Source: Selaginella moellendorffii (Eukaryota; Plantae; Lycopodiophyta). Taken from it: a DNA stretch of 64,000 bases. Of this stretch, positions 12,096-24,593 are shown piece by piece. The stretch is taken from assembly GCF_000143415.4 (NCBI RefSeq), contig NW_003314421.1:81524-145523 (forward strand). Reading direction: 5' to 3'. The notes beneath the pieces are model-generated. The model saw nothing but the letters and a program-made list of their open reading frames with translations, was not told where the DNA came from and made no database searches. A program made the translations under genes and the position numbers. The stretch's first letter is position 1. Every line of letters begins with the position of its first letter.

Positions 12096-13601
12096 TGGCA
12101 TGTGGCCTTACGCCATTCCTAGGTGAGATGATACAAATAACAAGTATAAATTCTTAGTTGTTCTAGCAAATCTTACTTAAAGTTCAAGGTGAACAAGCCG
12201 AATATGAATTCATCGGATTGTTATAACAAATTGCGAGGTGATGGCATGAGGCGATATGCCATTTGAGAGTGGTAGCCATTCCTATATGAGGTGAGTGAAA
12301 TATTTATTAGAAATACCTCATTCAATTGTGCACTTCTAAGTCTTGGTCCACTCAGTACTGTTTGCATGTTTTTATTTTAATTCTTTCTCTAAAATGTTAT
12401 TTAGCATGTGGCTTCATGCCATTGCTCTCCACAATCATGCATTGAATTTTTCTATCCTTGCATAATACTTCTCCATATATATAGCATGTGCGCACATGTG
12501 ATATGGTTCATTAGGCCTGATATAGTGTGTGAGGTAAAACAAAGATGATGTGACATATGCATTTACCAATCACACGTGCATAAATCTAATAATATGGCGT
12601 GTGGCCCATATTATTAGATTTATTGTACCATCATTCCCTTGCAGCGTGTGTGTTGGTTTCCTTTTATAACACAACGAACTCCATATTTTAGGGTGAAGAG
12701 CGTTCTCATGGCAAGCACAAAATCTGTAAGTGAGGCAGAAAAGGAGACGGAGAAGGAGATAGGTGAAGATGTAAAATATATAAGTCTTCCAAACTCCCCG
12801 TACTATACTCCAGGTGATCATTTTTCTGAACAAACGGCAACATTAACAACTATCGAGAACGCCCCAGTAACGTCAGAGACAACAATCCAAAGCAAAACAA
12901 CTGACCCGGAGAAGGATGATAGTACCGCTGAGAGTACCAAAAAGGAGGTGTCCACTAGCGCTTAGGCTTATAATGGCGTGTGCCCTCATGCCATTTACTT
13001 GATCACCAAATACTTTTTTCCCTTTGCACTAGTATATCTTAATACCGGTCTGAGAAATAGAATGGCATGTGCCCTCAGGCCTTTTACTAAATCACCTTTG
13101 AAAGAAATGCAAGCCTCTATGTCGTAAAAAAAAGGTACTAGAGAAATTCCTTAATAATATGAATGTTATTTAGTTTCATGAAAATACACTAAGGGTCAAA
13201 TGAGTTAAACGACTTCTCCAGACTAGCAATGCCTCTTGCTACACCTTCACAATTAGATTCGTTAGAAAAAGATAACATTGAATAATATCTAAATGTTCTC
13301 ACCATTAAGTTATATGTCTAGCTAATAGGAATGACGTTCATCTTGGAAAGCTCACCACACGCTCAATGAACAAACAAATAATGTGTGCGTGCATGCCATC
13401 GCTCTTCTTTAGCTTCAGATTCGGCTTGTTCACCTTGACAATGAGATTTATTATACAACCAGATGGACTCAGTCTGGACACAAAGTCACCGCGCTAGTCA
13501 CCATGCCCCAGATATGTCTAGCCCCTGGACAAAAAACATATAATTTCACGTCATTTTCAAATACTTGAAAATTTGTACCTAGTCCCATTTTACTGAATAA
13601 A

Positions 13602-13625
13602 TCCCACTTTAACGAAATAGAGCTT
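13602..13625. repeat. Terminal inverted repeat (right, copy 1)
   Basis: TCCCACTTTAACGAAATAGAGCTT, exact reverse complement of 67-90. Confidence 0.9.
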
Positions 13626-16350
13626 ATCAAAGGAATAGCCACCTCTACAAACTTATGCTGGAAACATTGGTAGTAACTAGCCATACCAAGAAAACTGTGC
13701 AACTCAGCCACTATATTCGGTGTAGGCCAATTTTCCACCACAGCCACCTTCCTTGGATCCCTCTTGACACCCTTAGATGTCACAATATGGCCTAGATATT
13801 CCACTTCCAACTTTGCAAACTCACATTTTCTCTTTTTCACATAAAGTTTGCTGTCTCGAAGTAACAAAAGAACCTTGTGCATATGCACCTTATACTCCTC
13901 CATATTCTTGCTGAAAACAAGAATATCGTTCAAGAAAATCTCCACAAACTCATGAAGATAACGCCTAAATACCTCTATCATCAACCGAGTAAATGTGGCT
14001 GGTGCATTTGTCAAACCAAATGGCATAATTGTAAACTCAAAATGTTCGAAGCTTGTGTTGAATGCCATCTTGGAGATAGATACATCATCCATTGCAATAT
14101 GATGATATCCACTCCTTAGATCAATCATGGTAAACACTTAAGCTTCACCAAGTTTGTCTAGGATATCATCCACATGTGGCATCGGCATCTTATCCTTCAC
14201 TATCTTCTTGTTCAAAGCATGGTAGTCAATACATATCCACATTGAACCGTCTTTCTTCTTCACAAGCAAGACTGGAGCACCAAATGGAGACTTACTTGGC
14301 TGAATAAATTCAAACTCAAGTAACTCCTTGACTTGTTGTTGAACTTCTTGCTCCTCTACATAACTTAACCGAAATGGATGTCAGTAAATTGGCCGCATCC
14401 CCGGCTCCAATATAATCCCATGCTCCACACCTCATAATGGAGGCAACCCATGAGGAAGTTCAGATGGAAAAACATTAAAAAACTCGTCAAATACATCCCG
14501 TATTGCTGTTTTGCCTTCACACATGCCTTGGTCCCCCAAGTCACGAACAAACAGCAAGTAACTCGAAAATGCTTTTTCAGTACGACAAGCCCGCTTCAAA
14601 GATGTAGTAGAGAGCATAACAGCTGGTGGTTGAACTCTCTATCCAAACCACACATCTTTAATGCCACTGTACTTTAGCAAGACACACTTAATACTCCACT
14701 TTATCCCTGGATCCACTTTCACCAACCATGGCATCCCAAGAATGAGATCCACATGATATATATCCGCGAGATAAAAAGTCTCTACAAGTGTGGTTTTGCC
14801 AACCAACACTTCTAGCCCCTCGACACAAGCATCAAAATGTTGAGCAGAGGTAGTTGCACCTTCCACCGTATATGGAAGAACTCCTCGGGTGACCAGGCTA
14901 TGCTCCACAACAAACTTTGCTGAAACAAAGTTATCATCACTCCCACTATCCAGTAAAATCCACACTAGATTGCCATGGAACACGCCCTCCAGCATTAAAG
15001 CTGATTCACGAGTATCCTCAAGCTCCATCTTGTTCCACACACAGTTGAGATGACAAGCAACGATCGAAAGTCTCTTCCTCAGACCGGAATGATTGTTCTT
15101 GTCATCCTCACGCATTCTTCTTGTCCTACTGCTTGTTCTTCAACTGTGGACAATCAACCTTGTAATGTCCAAGTTTGCCACAATGATGATAACCTTGTCT
15201 ATAATTCTTCACAAAGAATTTTTGCTTCTTGGACCCCTTTGCATCTGAAGTAGTCACCACTGACTTTAACTTGTGATGCTTGTTCCCATCTTTGTGTCCA
15301 CGGCAATCATCATGACAATTCTCAATAGAAGGACTCCACGAATGCTTGTGAGACTTGTGCTTGTCATTGTCAAGTCGACAAGCCGCATCAAAGAGCTCCT
15401 CCAAACTCTTTGTAAACTGAGAATGATGCAAGTGTTGCCGCATGCTCTCACTATTAAGGCCATCAATGAAGTAGGACTTGTTCTGGTCTGGATCCTCATT
15501 GGAACACGACTAATCAAGTGAGTAAGCTTCTCAATATAGTCCCTGAGAGTCATTTTCCCTTGCTGGAAATGTCAAAGTTCTATACGAGCACTCTCCACGT
15601 CATAATGAGGGGCAAAACATAAACGGAAAGCAGCCTCAAACTCATCCATGGTAGATACTGGTGGTTTCTTATCCACAACACAAGACTCCTCAAGCCAATT
15701 CCACCATCGAAGACCTACATCATGCAAAACCATTGGAATAGACACTAAAGCCTCTACATTTGAAATTCTCCTAGTAGCTAAGAACTTCACATTGGCTAGC
15801 CAAGAGAGATACTCATCCATACTACCATCACTGGAAAAGGTTGGAATCTTGAGTCAATTTACCAAAGAAGGCTTACTTGGAGCGCTACCACATCCAGCCT
15901 CGAGTGCCTCAACATGCCCACGCATGGTATCCATCATGCCATGCATCTCATTTTTCATCTCTTGCTAATTTTGATTAAGGGCTCACAGCTCATGAACCAC
16001 ATCTTGAATGGTCCAAATCTCTACAGCTCGATTGGCACTATCGTCGGCACCACCATCGATAATAGGATTCCAGCATTCAGCTTGGTCAGCCATCCCAACC
16101 AACTCCTTTGATACCAATGTTAAGATCCAATGCAAAAAGATAGAGATTTAGCTGCCCTAGATTATGCTACGCCACCTCTTGAGGTTCTTCACCACCCAAC
16201 CACCCCCAAACTACCTCAAAAGCTCCATTGCGCTGCTGCTCCACTATGAGCCCTAGGGTAAGTTCAGTCCCTTACCCTAACATGCCTTAATATACCCTTG
16301 AGCCTCCCTTTGACCAATGTTGACCATGTGGTCAAAGCTGGTGCCTAACA
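13626..16350 (-). mobile_element. Ty3/gypsy LTR retrotransposon A (degenerate; 5' LTR 16118-16350, gag-PR-RT), interrupted by Sola-like copy 1 and resuming at ~22-66
   Basis: LTR TGTTA…AACA homologous to 41089-41305. PBS TGGTATCA (rc 16109-16116). Gag, protease [10 protein letters not shown] and RT MPFGLTNAPATF fragments with stops and frameshifts. Confidence 0.9.
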
Positions 16351-16875
16351 ATCATACTCCCAGGTTTAAACTGCACTCCATCCCTAGAGTGTCTAAATTG
16401 TTTGCTTGTTGCACTGCTTGTGCCGACTTGTTACCATTTTGTAATTTATATTCATATTTCGCTAAGACCTACTCTGCGACAGTGAAAGCCTAAATAAATC
16501 ATGAATGTCTTGGATTTATTCCAGAAAATATACCAGGAATATTTGGCAATCTCGTACGACTGTTGCAAATGATACATGTTTGTATGAAGCGATACTATAG
16601 TGTATATAGTGCTATATTTTATACATGAAACTGGGGTATCATCTTTTTCTGTTTTTTGCGTAAGAATCCTGTACTTTTAGATTGCAGATCTGGTCGCTGC
16701 ACCGCTTGAATGCAACTTGAGTATTGAGTAAACCAAAGCCCGTGAAGTTGTTCTTTGAGCAGCTTGCAAAGGCACTGAAAATCAATAGCAAATCTGATAT
16801 GCTTAAATCAAACAACACACAACAGACGTTCGTTCAAGAATCAAGTACTTACTTTCAGTCGACGCAGTTTGTCGC

Positions 16876-19030
16876 TCACTCCCACATGCTGTACCAAGAT
16901 AGGAGAGACCAATGCTGATCTTGAAGGCCATCTCTCATCCACTTCCCCTCCACAAACTCATAAGTGACACTTGCATCTTCATCCACCAACTTGTTCCTGC
17001 TGCAGATCTCAAACACTTTGATCCCCAGCTTCGTCGTGTACCAGTTAAGCAGAGGGTAGAAAGTGTCAGCGATATACTTGAACTCTGGAATAGTGTGAGC
17101 ATGACCGTGAATATCGAACAAGACACGAATCTTCTGCTGGAGCTCTGACATCTCCATCTTCTTCAACTGTATGTCCGACCTATCCACTAAGAAGGTTGCA
17201 GTAGTCGAGGAAGAGGAAGCTCATTGAAGAGTGTCCAGGATCCCCATTGTGTGCACTCTAGTGTTCCGCCTCGGCTTGATGCACGACAAGTAAAACCCCA
17301 TACATTTCCTGATGTCGCACTGCTGCTGGCAGGAATCCATGTCTTTGTCCAGCTCCTCCTTAGCGGCTTGGATAACCCGTTTACAGATGACATGCATACC
17401 TTCTTTGCATGCTGAACTTCGCTTCCGATCCCAATCAGGGGGAAGTACCTGTCCCTGAATCTCAAAATCATGCTATACCTCACTTAGAGATTTCTCGCTC
17501 GCCTCCTTGTTGAAAACGAACCACCACAGGCTCCTGTAAGTTATGGCAGCTTTGTCATAGGAGCTGTATGGCTTCAACTTCCTAGGCCCTATAGGCCTGC
17601 AGTCCACCAGCTCGTCAAGAACTCCCTGCTTCTGTATGGCTTCCCTTGTAAAGTAAGAAAGGAAGCTTGCCGCAACATCCAAAATCTCAGTAGCTGCAGT
17701 GAACCAATTGGTCCCCAGTATCTCGTAGAGTTCAGGCTTCAAATATCTTGTCCAATCCTCTAGCACTTGGAGACGAGGTTGAATCTCATTCACCCGTTTT
17801 TGCAGTGAATCCAGGCGAACAATGAGGCTTGGGAACTCTCCTCCGGCCTTCTGCTGTGCTATGAAGTGACCTGGTGGCTGTTGCTTGGTAAGACCCCACA
17901 TATACTGCTTCGCATCCATCAGCTGCATCGCAGATGCTTTCTTATCCACTATCCCACCTGATAGATCCAAAGAGCTGTCTGAAAGCACCAACACCTGCTC
18001 GTCAAGAGTCTTGCTTGCCAATGCTGGTGCCTCGACACTCTTTTCTACTGGCGCCTTGATTCTTGGAGCCTTGCTTGCCTCTGGCGCCTCGCTTCTTAGC
18101 CTCTTTCCACCAGTATAAAGACGAGGATGCCATGATTTGATACCTGACTCGAAACCTTCCAAACCGCTGTCGTGATTTATGACCGCCGGAATCACAGGAC
18201 TTGCACATCAAGGAGAGATCTTCGTCATACACACATACATTGCCGTCTCCATCTTGTTGTAACCCTAGGTCATGTTTATTTCGGATGGCAATTTATTATA
18301 CGCTGGGAGCCGTCAGATCCAATCAGGAACATCCGCAGCCGTCAGATCTTCATTACTAACTTCGGTTGATGGGTAATGCGAAGTGTTTCTCCAGCGCGAG
18401 GGATTGGATCCAGTCGTGGCGCACGGCACATCGTCCGATGCCCTGCGCCGCAATGGTTGAGTTCCAACAAAATTAGGGTTCTTCCAGACTCGCTGTTTCC
18501 CCAAACATTCTCTCGATCCAGCTCCAGATATGGGATCTCGATCTGGCAAAAAATGCTCCACCCCTGTGCGACATTGCCAATTGCCGTGCAAGCGCCGATT
18601 GCAGTGCTGAAGCTACGGCCTCACTCCCATCTGATGCATCCTCCAGGCCCCTTCTTCCGTCCCCATTCCAAGAAAACACAGCCATGAGCGAATTCCACAC
18701 ATCGCTGTTGAGCTCCTGTTCTTGGCACAAGAGTGATCGCGCCTTGTCGATCATGGCCCCAGATGCCATTTCCTGGACAATGCTCGTCATGGTGCTGGAA
18801 GGATCGCGAGGGGGAAGCGTTCCAGGTCTGATCTGGAAGGTGTGAAGCCAGACAGGGCCACATTATCCACGGGCTTCTAAACCTTCTTGGAAATCAGGAA
18901 GGCTTTGCCTGCGAAGTAGTTCTCCAGGAGGTCAGCCTCCTGATCACTCTTCTTGAACCCAGGATCACACTTGCAGCACCGATTTCTTCGAGAGGAGCTC
19001 AAAGGAATGAATGCCACATCATTTGCATTG
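16876..19030 (-). pseudogene. Degraded coding region of unknown function
   Basis: Run of same-strand ORF fragments (18473-18790, 17473-18195, 16876-17187) with protein-like composition; no family recognised; may continue at 38759-39301 beyond the MULE insertion. Confidence 0.35.
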
Positions 19031-19334
19031 TTTTTTCCTTCCTTTTCTTTTGCAGCCTTGAACGGACAAAAGGTAAGTTGTGTACACGTTCAGCAATGAG
19101 TTTCTAGAAAACGCATGCCTGGCAATGCTCAAGACATGCTGCAAAATGAGCCCGGGTAGGTTTTGAGCTCATGAGCTCACGAGCTGAGCTCATGAGTTCT
19201 CAAACACAAGGAAAACATTGGTTTTTCCGGAACCAACATCTTTCCATTTTTCAAATTTTGATTTAATCTATATTTCCGAGTAAATTCGATCAATAAAATA
19301 CAAATATAAATATAGATCCGAACACCAAAAGTGA

Positions 19335-20164
19335 TCTAGAAACACTTCTCAAGCTCTGCAATTGTAAGGCTTGCCTGATAGATGTGATGGTCGACCTTAG
19401 GATCTTGGTTTAGTTCCTGCATAAAAATGTAATAGATGTGCTTGCAGGCTAAATATACCTTTCTCCTGTTCTCCCTCTATGTAAAATCTGGACAGGTACA
19501 GGATGGATTTTCGCAGATTTTGATAGTGTAGCTCATACCCTTTGACGACTCAGTCACAACAACAAACTCCTTAGCCACGGCACTAATGTAGTTTATCCTT
19601 GTGATTGTGCATTTCAATGCCTTTGCCAGCTTGATCTTCTCTTGTGCACCTTTTGAAATGGAAGACCTATATTGTATAGCCTTCCCATTTCTAGCTGGTC
19701 ATGTATGCCGATCTAGTGTTGACATTGGTGGCATAGCAATATCAATAGCAACATTTGAGGAAGTCTTCAGCTTGAAACCAGCTCTCTCTAGACTTTCAAT
19801 CTCTTCTTTTAAAAGATTGTAGCTTCGCTCAAATGGCCACTCCTTTGGCACAGAATCTGGCTTCGAGATAATTTCTAGCTGGTATCCAACATGCACTGCT
19901 GCTCTGCTCTGCCTAAACATCCATCCCGTGGAAGAAAATAATACATTTTTGCATCGCAACATGCTTGACAAATAGGTGTTGCCCCGCATTTGCGACATCT
20001 AAACCCTGTAACAACCTTATCACGCCTAGGGGGATTGATTGCTGAGCCTTCAAAGAAACACATATTCTTGCCATGATAAAAAATGCATTTCTTAGTGACA
20101 CATTGAAGCTGTCCACCACAATGGACTATGGACACAGATCCGTCAAAATGGGAGAAGTGGGTTG
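19335..20164 (-). pseudogene. MULE transposase remnant: GCM-like Cys region plus C-terminal SWIM zinc finger (DDE core deleted)
   Basis: CGGQLQCVTKKC…CRKC…CQACC, then YTIKICENPSCTCPDF…CKHIYYIF; homologous to 51576-52110. Confidence 0.75.
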
Positions 20165-20188
20165 AAGCTCTATTTCGTTAAAGTGGGA
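20165..20188. repeat. Terminal inverted repeat (copy 2)
   Basis: AAGCTCTATTTCGTTAAAGTGGGA. Confidence 0.9.
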
Positions 20189-21767
20189 TTTATTAAGTAA
20201 AATGGGACTAGGTACAAATTTTCAAGTATTTGAAAATGACGTGAAATTATATGTTTTTTGTCTAGGGGCTAGACATATCTGGGGCATGGTGACTAGCGCG
20301 GTGACTTTGTGTCCAGACTGAGTCCATCTGGTTGTATAATAAATCTCATTGTCAAGGTGAACAAGCCGAATCTGAAGCTAAAGAAGAGCGATGGCATGCG
20401 CACACACATTATTTGTTTGTTCATTGAGCGTGTGGTGAGCTTTCCAAGATGAACGTCATTCCTATTAGCTAGACATATAACTTAATGGTGAGAACATTTA
20501 GATATTATTCAATGTTATCTTTTTCTAACGAATTTAATTGTGAAGGTGTAGCAAGAGGCATTGCTAGTCTGGAGAAGTCGTTTAACTCATTTGACCCTTA
20601 GTGTATTTTCATGAAACTAAATAACATTCATATTATTAAGGAATTTCTCTAGTACCTTTTTTTTACGACATAGAGGCTTGCATTTCTTTCAAAGGTGATT
20701 TAGTAAAAGGCCTGAGGGCACATGCCATTCTATTTCTCAGACCGGTATTAAGATATACTAGTGCAAAGGGAAAAAGGTATTTGGTGATCAAGTAAATGGC
20801 ATGAGGGCACACGCCATTATAAGCCTAAGTGCTAGTGGACACCTCCTTTTTGGTACTCTCAGCGGTACTATCATCCTTCTCCGGGTCAGTTGTTTTGCTT
20901 TGGATTGTTGTCTCTGACGTTACTGGGGCGTTCTCGATAGTTGTTAATGTTGCCGTTTGTTCAGAAAAATGATCACCTGGAGTATAGTACGGGGAGTTTG
21001 GAAGACTTATATATTTTACATCTTCACCTATCTCCTTCTCCGTCTCCTTTTCTGCCTCACTTACAGATTTTGTGCTTGCCATGAGAACGCTCTTCACCCT
21101 AAAATATGGAGTTCGTTGTGTTATAAAAGGAAACCAACACACACGCTGCAAGGGAATGATGGTACAATAAATCTAATAATATGGCGTGTGGCCCATATTA
21201 TTAGATTTATGCACGTGTGATTGGTAAATGCATATGTCACATCATCTTTGTTTTACCTCACACACTATATCAGGCCTAATGAACCATATCACATGTGCGC
21301 ACATGCTATATATATGGAGAAGTATTATGCAAGGATAGAAAAATTCAATGCATGATTGTGGAGAGCAATGGCATGAAGCCACATGCTAAATAACATTTTA
21401 GAGAAAGAATTAAAATAAAAACATGCAAACAGTACTGAGTGGACCAAGACTTAGAAGTGCACAATTGAATGAGGTATTTCTAATAAATATTTCACTCACC
21501 TCATATAGGAATGGCTACCACTCTCAAATGGCGTATCGCCTCATGCCATCACCTCGCAATTTGTTATAACAATCCGATGAATTCATATTCGGCTTGTTCA
21601 CCTTGAACTTTAAGTAAGATTTGCTAGAACAACTAAGAATTTATACTTGTTATTTGTATCATCTCACCTAGGAATGGTGTAAGGCCACATGCCATCACGC
21701 CTCCTCTGATTCAGATTCGGATTGTTCACCTTGAAATAAAATACATTAGAAACTTAGTAAAGGAATA

Positions 21768-24593
21768 TTAATGAATCTCACCTTGAACCCGGGTTATGAA
21801 TGCTCTTGCTGCATCTTTTGCATGGTCTGGCAAGGTGATGGTGGCACTCTGCTTCCGCATCCAACCATGCACAACATTATCCACCGATATGCTCATGTTG
21901 GGATCCCTTGGATTCAGCACCCATCTCTTTTCTAGGCAATCCTTCATATATCCGGAACTTGGCTTGAACCACTCCACAGTTACATTGAAGGAGTTAGTTT
22001 CCGCGTCCTCCTCTGCATCAGTGATGCAGCGCCCCACCCATATCATTTGTTTTTTTTTACTAGGTCTGACAAGCACGACCATTCCTTTGCAGACCTGTAC
22101 TGGATTGAATGCTGAATCCCGCTTCTTGTTCCTCGGCCCACAATAGTGATCCTCAACATCGTTATCTGTCACTGCATTTCCAAAGGACATTGTTCCGCTA
22201 CTATCTGGTGCTCTGGGTTCTGGCCAAAAGGACTCTTCCAATTCTTCATATACAACCGGCCCATTTTGGATAGCAGATATAATCTTCTCCCAGTATTCGA
22301 GAAAAGGCTTGCACCTCTGAAAATAGGATTCTCCACCAAACACCAACCCCCTCTTCCAGAAGGCAATATGCTGTCTAATCCCGGCCACTATACTTTCCTG
22401 GTCTTTGAGTCCATCCGGGTGCATCGGCCGTGGGGAACCCTGAGGAATCATAGGTTCCCCAGTTATGGGATTTCTCTTGAAGAGTTCAATGCCGTCCACT
22501 GGCAGCCACACTATGTCCCATTCTCTCATCTTGTACCTCATCACTGGAGCACCGTCACGCATGCTGAAATGAAACTGAAGAGGCTTGGAGTGGCCAATCA
22601 GCGTTTCGGATCCGTCCCTGATGTAGCCTCTTACAAACCCCTTAAAGTCTGGAACCTCTGTCACAAGTGCAGCTTCAACAATGCCTTTGATGCAATTTTG
22701 GAATTCATCGTAGAGTTGTGGGAGGGTGAGAACATTGGATCGCCGGAGGGACTCTGCCAGGTGACTGAACATGGCATCAATGTCTTCATGAGTGTGCCCA
22801 ACCATGAGAAAGACAAGTATAACCGTTTCAAATATGCCTTTGGCAACAAGCATCGCCAAGTACGCGAAGACGTACATGTTTTTGTTCTCACTGCCAGCAT
22901 TGTCTGTTTGGAGCAGAAGATGGGGTGGAAGGCCACATCGGCCGCAAGAACTTCTTTGAGATTCTGCTTCGTTTGGATGAGGCTGTGCATTCACCGGGTG
23001 ACCAGCCTCGTCGGAATGGCATGAGGCCTCATGTGATAACCCTACAATCTGACGGCCAACATATTCATTGGGATGGCATGGGGCCCCACGCGATACTACA
23101 AGCCTTTGCTCCTCCTCCAGCTGAACCCTGTATGGGGTTCGATCGACAAGGGCCTTATGCAAGGGTTGGCCGTTCAGCTCAGTCTACGCACTTTGCAGAG
23201 ACCTTAAGTGTTTTGCTAGGGACGCAATCATCATGTTTGCACCCCCGCCACCCCATAGAGGTTCAAAGAAGTTCCCATAGTTCTGGGCACCATGCCCATG
23301 AGCGATTATGCCAAACAGAGACACAGGCAGTTGCATGGATGAAGAGATTGCCTTGGGGGCAGGATTGAGTCGAGGTAAGCACGTCTTTTTCTGGTCCATT
23401 TTGTCGTGGATGATGCAGAGGTAAGAGTCAGGTCTCTCCATGGAGAGAATCCTATTATGATAATATGCAGTCCTGCAGCTTCTCTGCTCGATGTTGTGGT
23501 CGAGCCGCCTTTTAACCAACGTCTCTCGCTCTTGAGCGATGCAAGAATTCTTCGACAAAGCCATTTTGATAGCAGTGCACTCGTCACACTTTGAAAAGCT
23601 GGAGTACTTTCCTATACTCACATCCCTGAACCTGTTGCTCCACAATCTACTAAATCTAGATTGGCTCATCTTCCTGTAGCCATTACTCTGGAGTTCCCGA
23701 TTCACATCTTCCAATATGGCCCCCTTGGTATACATGGAAGGGAGAACTCGTTGGGTGTCTCGTGTTCCATCTTCCAAGAGGCGGGTTTTATGTGGTTGCT
23801 GCTCGCTACATGTCTCGACAAACCTCTTGAAGATTGCCTCTCCATATACAACATGACCCCTGGTTTTGTGAGTACCGTCGTTCCCATGGACTGCCTGTTG
23901 AACCCTTTGTTCCTCGAACTCAGTTTTGATTCTGTAGAATGTGGTTTGAGGGACTCCATAAATGATTCTCCATGCCTTCATGCAGACCAAACCCCTCTGG
24001 AAGACCATGCCCCCCACCTGATGTTCTGAAGCATCAACAGATGACCGTAATGCCTCATACACAAAATTGCGAGCTGCCTTCCAGGACAATGTCTTGTATC
24101 TTGCTCTCTCCTCTTCAATAGCATCCCAATCAGCATGTTGACAGCACCTCCTCTTGCAACAAGCAACTCTCGAGACCATTCGAACCTCCATCGCCATTTT
24201 CTGCCTTTTCAGTTCGTTGCTCAGATCCCTTTGGCTGCGCTTTAGGAAGGTGTACTTTCTTTTCCCATGAAGAGATGTTCTGTCATCAGTTGTAGTGGTG
24301 TTTGATTGTGAATCCTTCACATTCTCAAACACTAAGTGCCTCAATTTCCACCGCACAATGCTTCCAATAGTCAGACTGTTTTCTTCTGTGTCAACAACCT
24401 TTAAAATTGCAACTCCAATATCATCCCAGCCCAATTCTTGATTAGCAACCGCATCTCTTGGATCGACAATTGTGGCTAAGCCCTCAGCTACCACCTCCCC
24501 CTCGGGGTTGTTTAGAAACACCTTTGCCTGAATCCATGTAGCACGGTTCTTAAGATCCACGGAGGGAACATGCGTCGCACTTGCGGAGGCCAT
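21768..24593 (-). pseudogene. Sola-like transposase, copy 2 (N-terminal deletion, stop at 23184-23186)
   Basis: ORFs 23184-24593 and 21768-23162 are near-identical to 9296-12022; about 250 bp of the N-terminus present in copy 1 is missing. Confidence 0.85.

Larger units (their letters stand above)
453..13399. repeat. Dispersed 22-bp palindrome ATGGCRTG-N6-CAYGCCAT (~30 copies in element copy 1; mirrored in copy 2)
   Basis: Copies start at about 453, 1530, 1605, 2860, 3051, 3192, 4508, 5850, 5910, 5987, 6772, 6907, 7066, 7145, 7995, 8067, 8682, 8780, 8850, 10696, 10753, 12095, 12241, 12401, 12481, 12594, 12973, 13062, 13378. Confidence 0.92.
67..13625 (+). mobile_element. Large TIR DNA transposon, Sola-like, copy 1 (~13.5 kb)
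   Basis: 24-bp perfect TIRs AAGCTCTATTTCGTTAAAGTGGGA (67-90; reverse complement 13602-13625). 4-bp TSD ATCA (63-66, 13626-13629). Flanks rejoin into a continuous Ty3/gypsy RT sequence. Contains a DDE-type transposase. Confidence 0.92.

Noticed and set aside
12639-12965. 108-aa ORF conserved in both copies
   Set aside because: Non-ATG start, low complexity, no motif; conservation is explained by the recent duplication.
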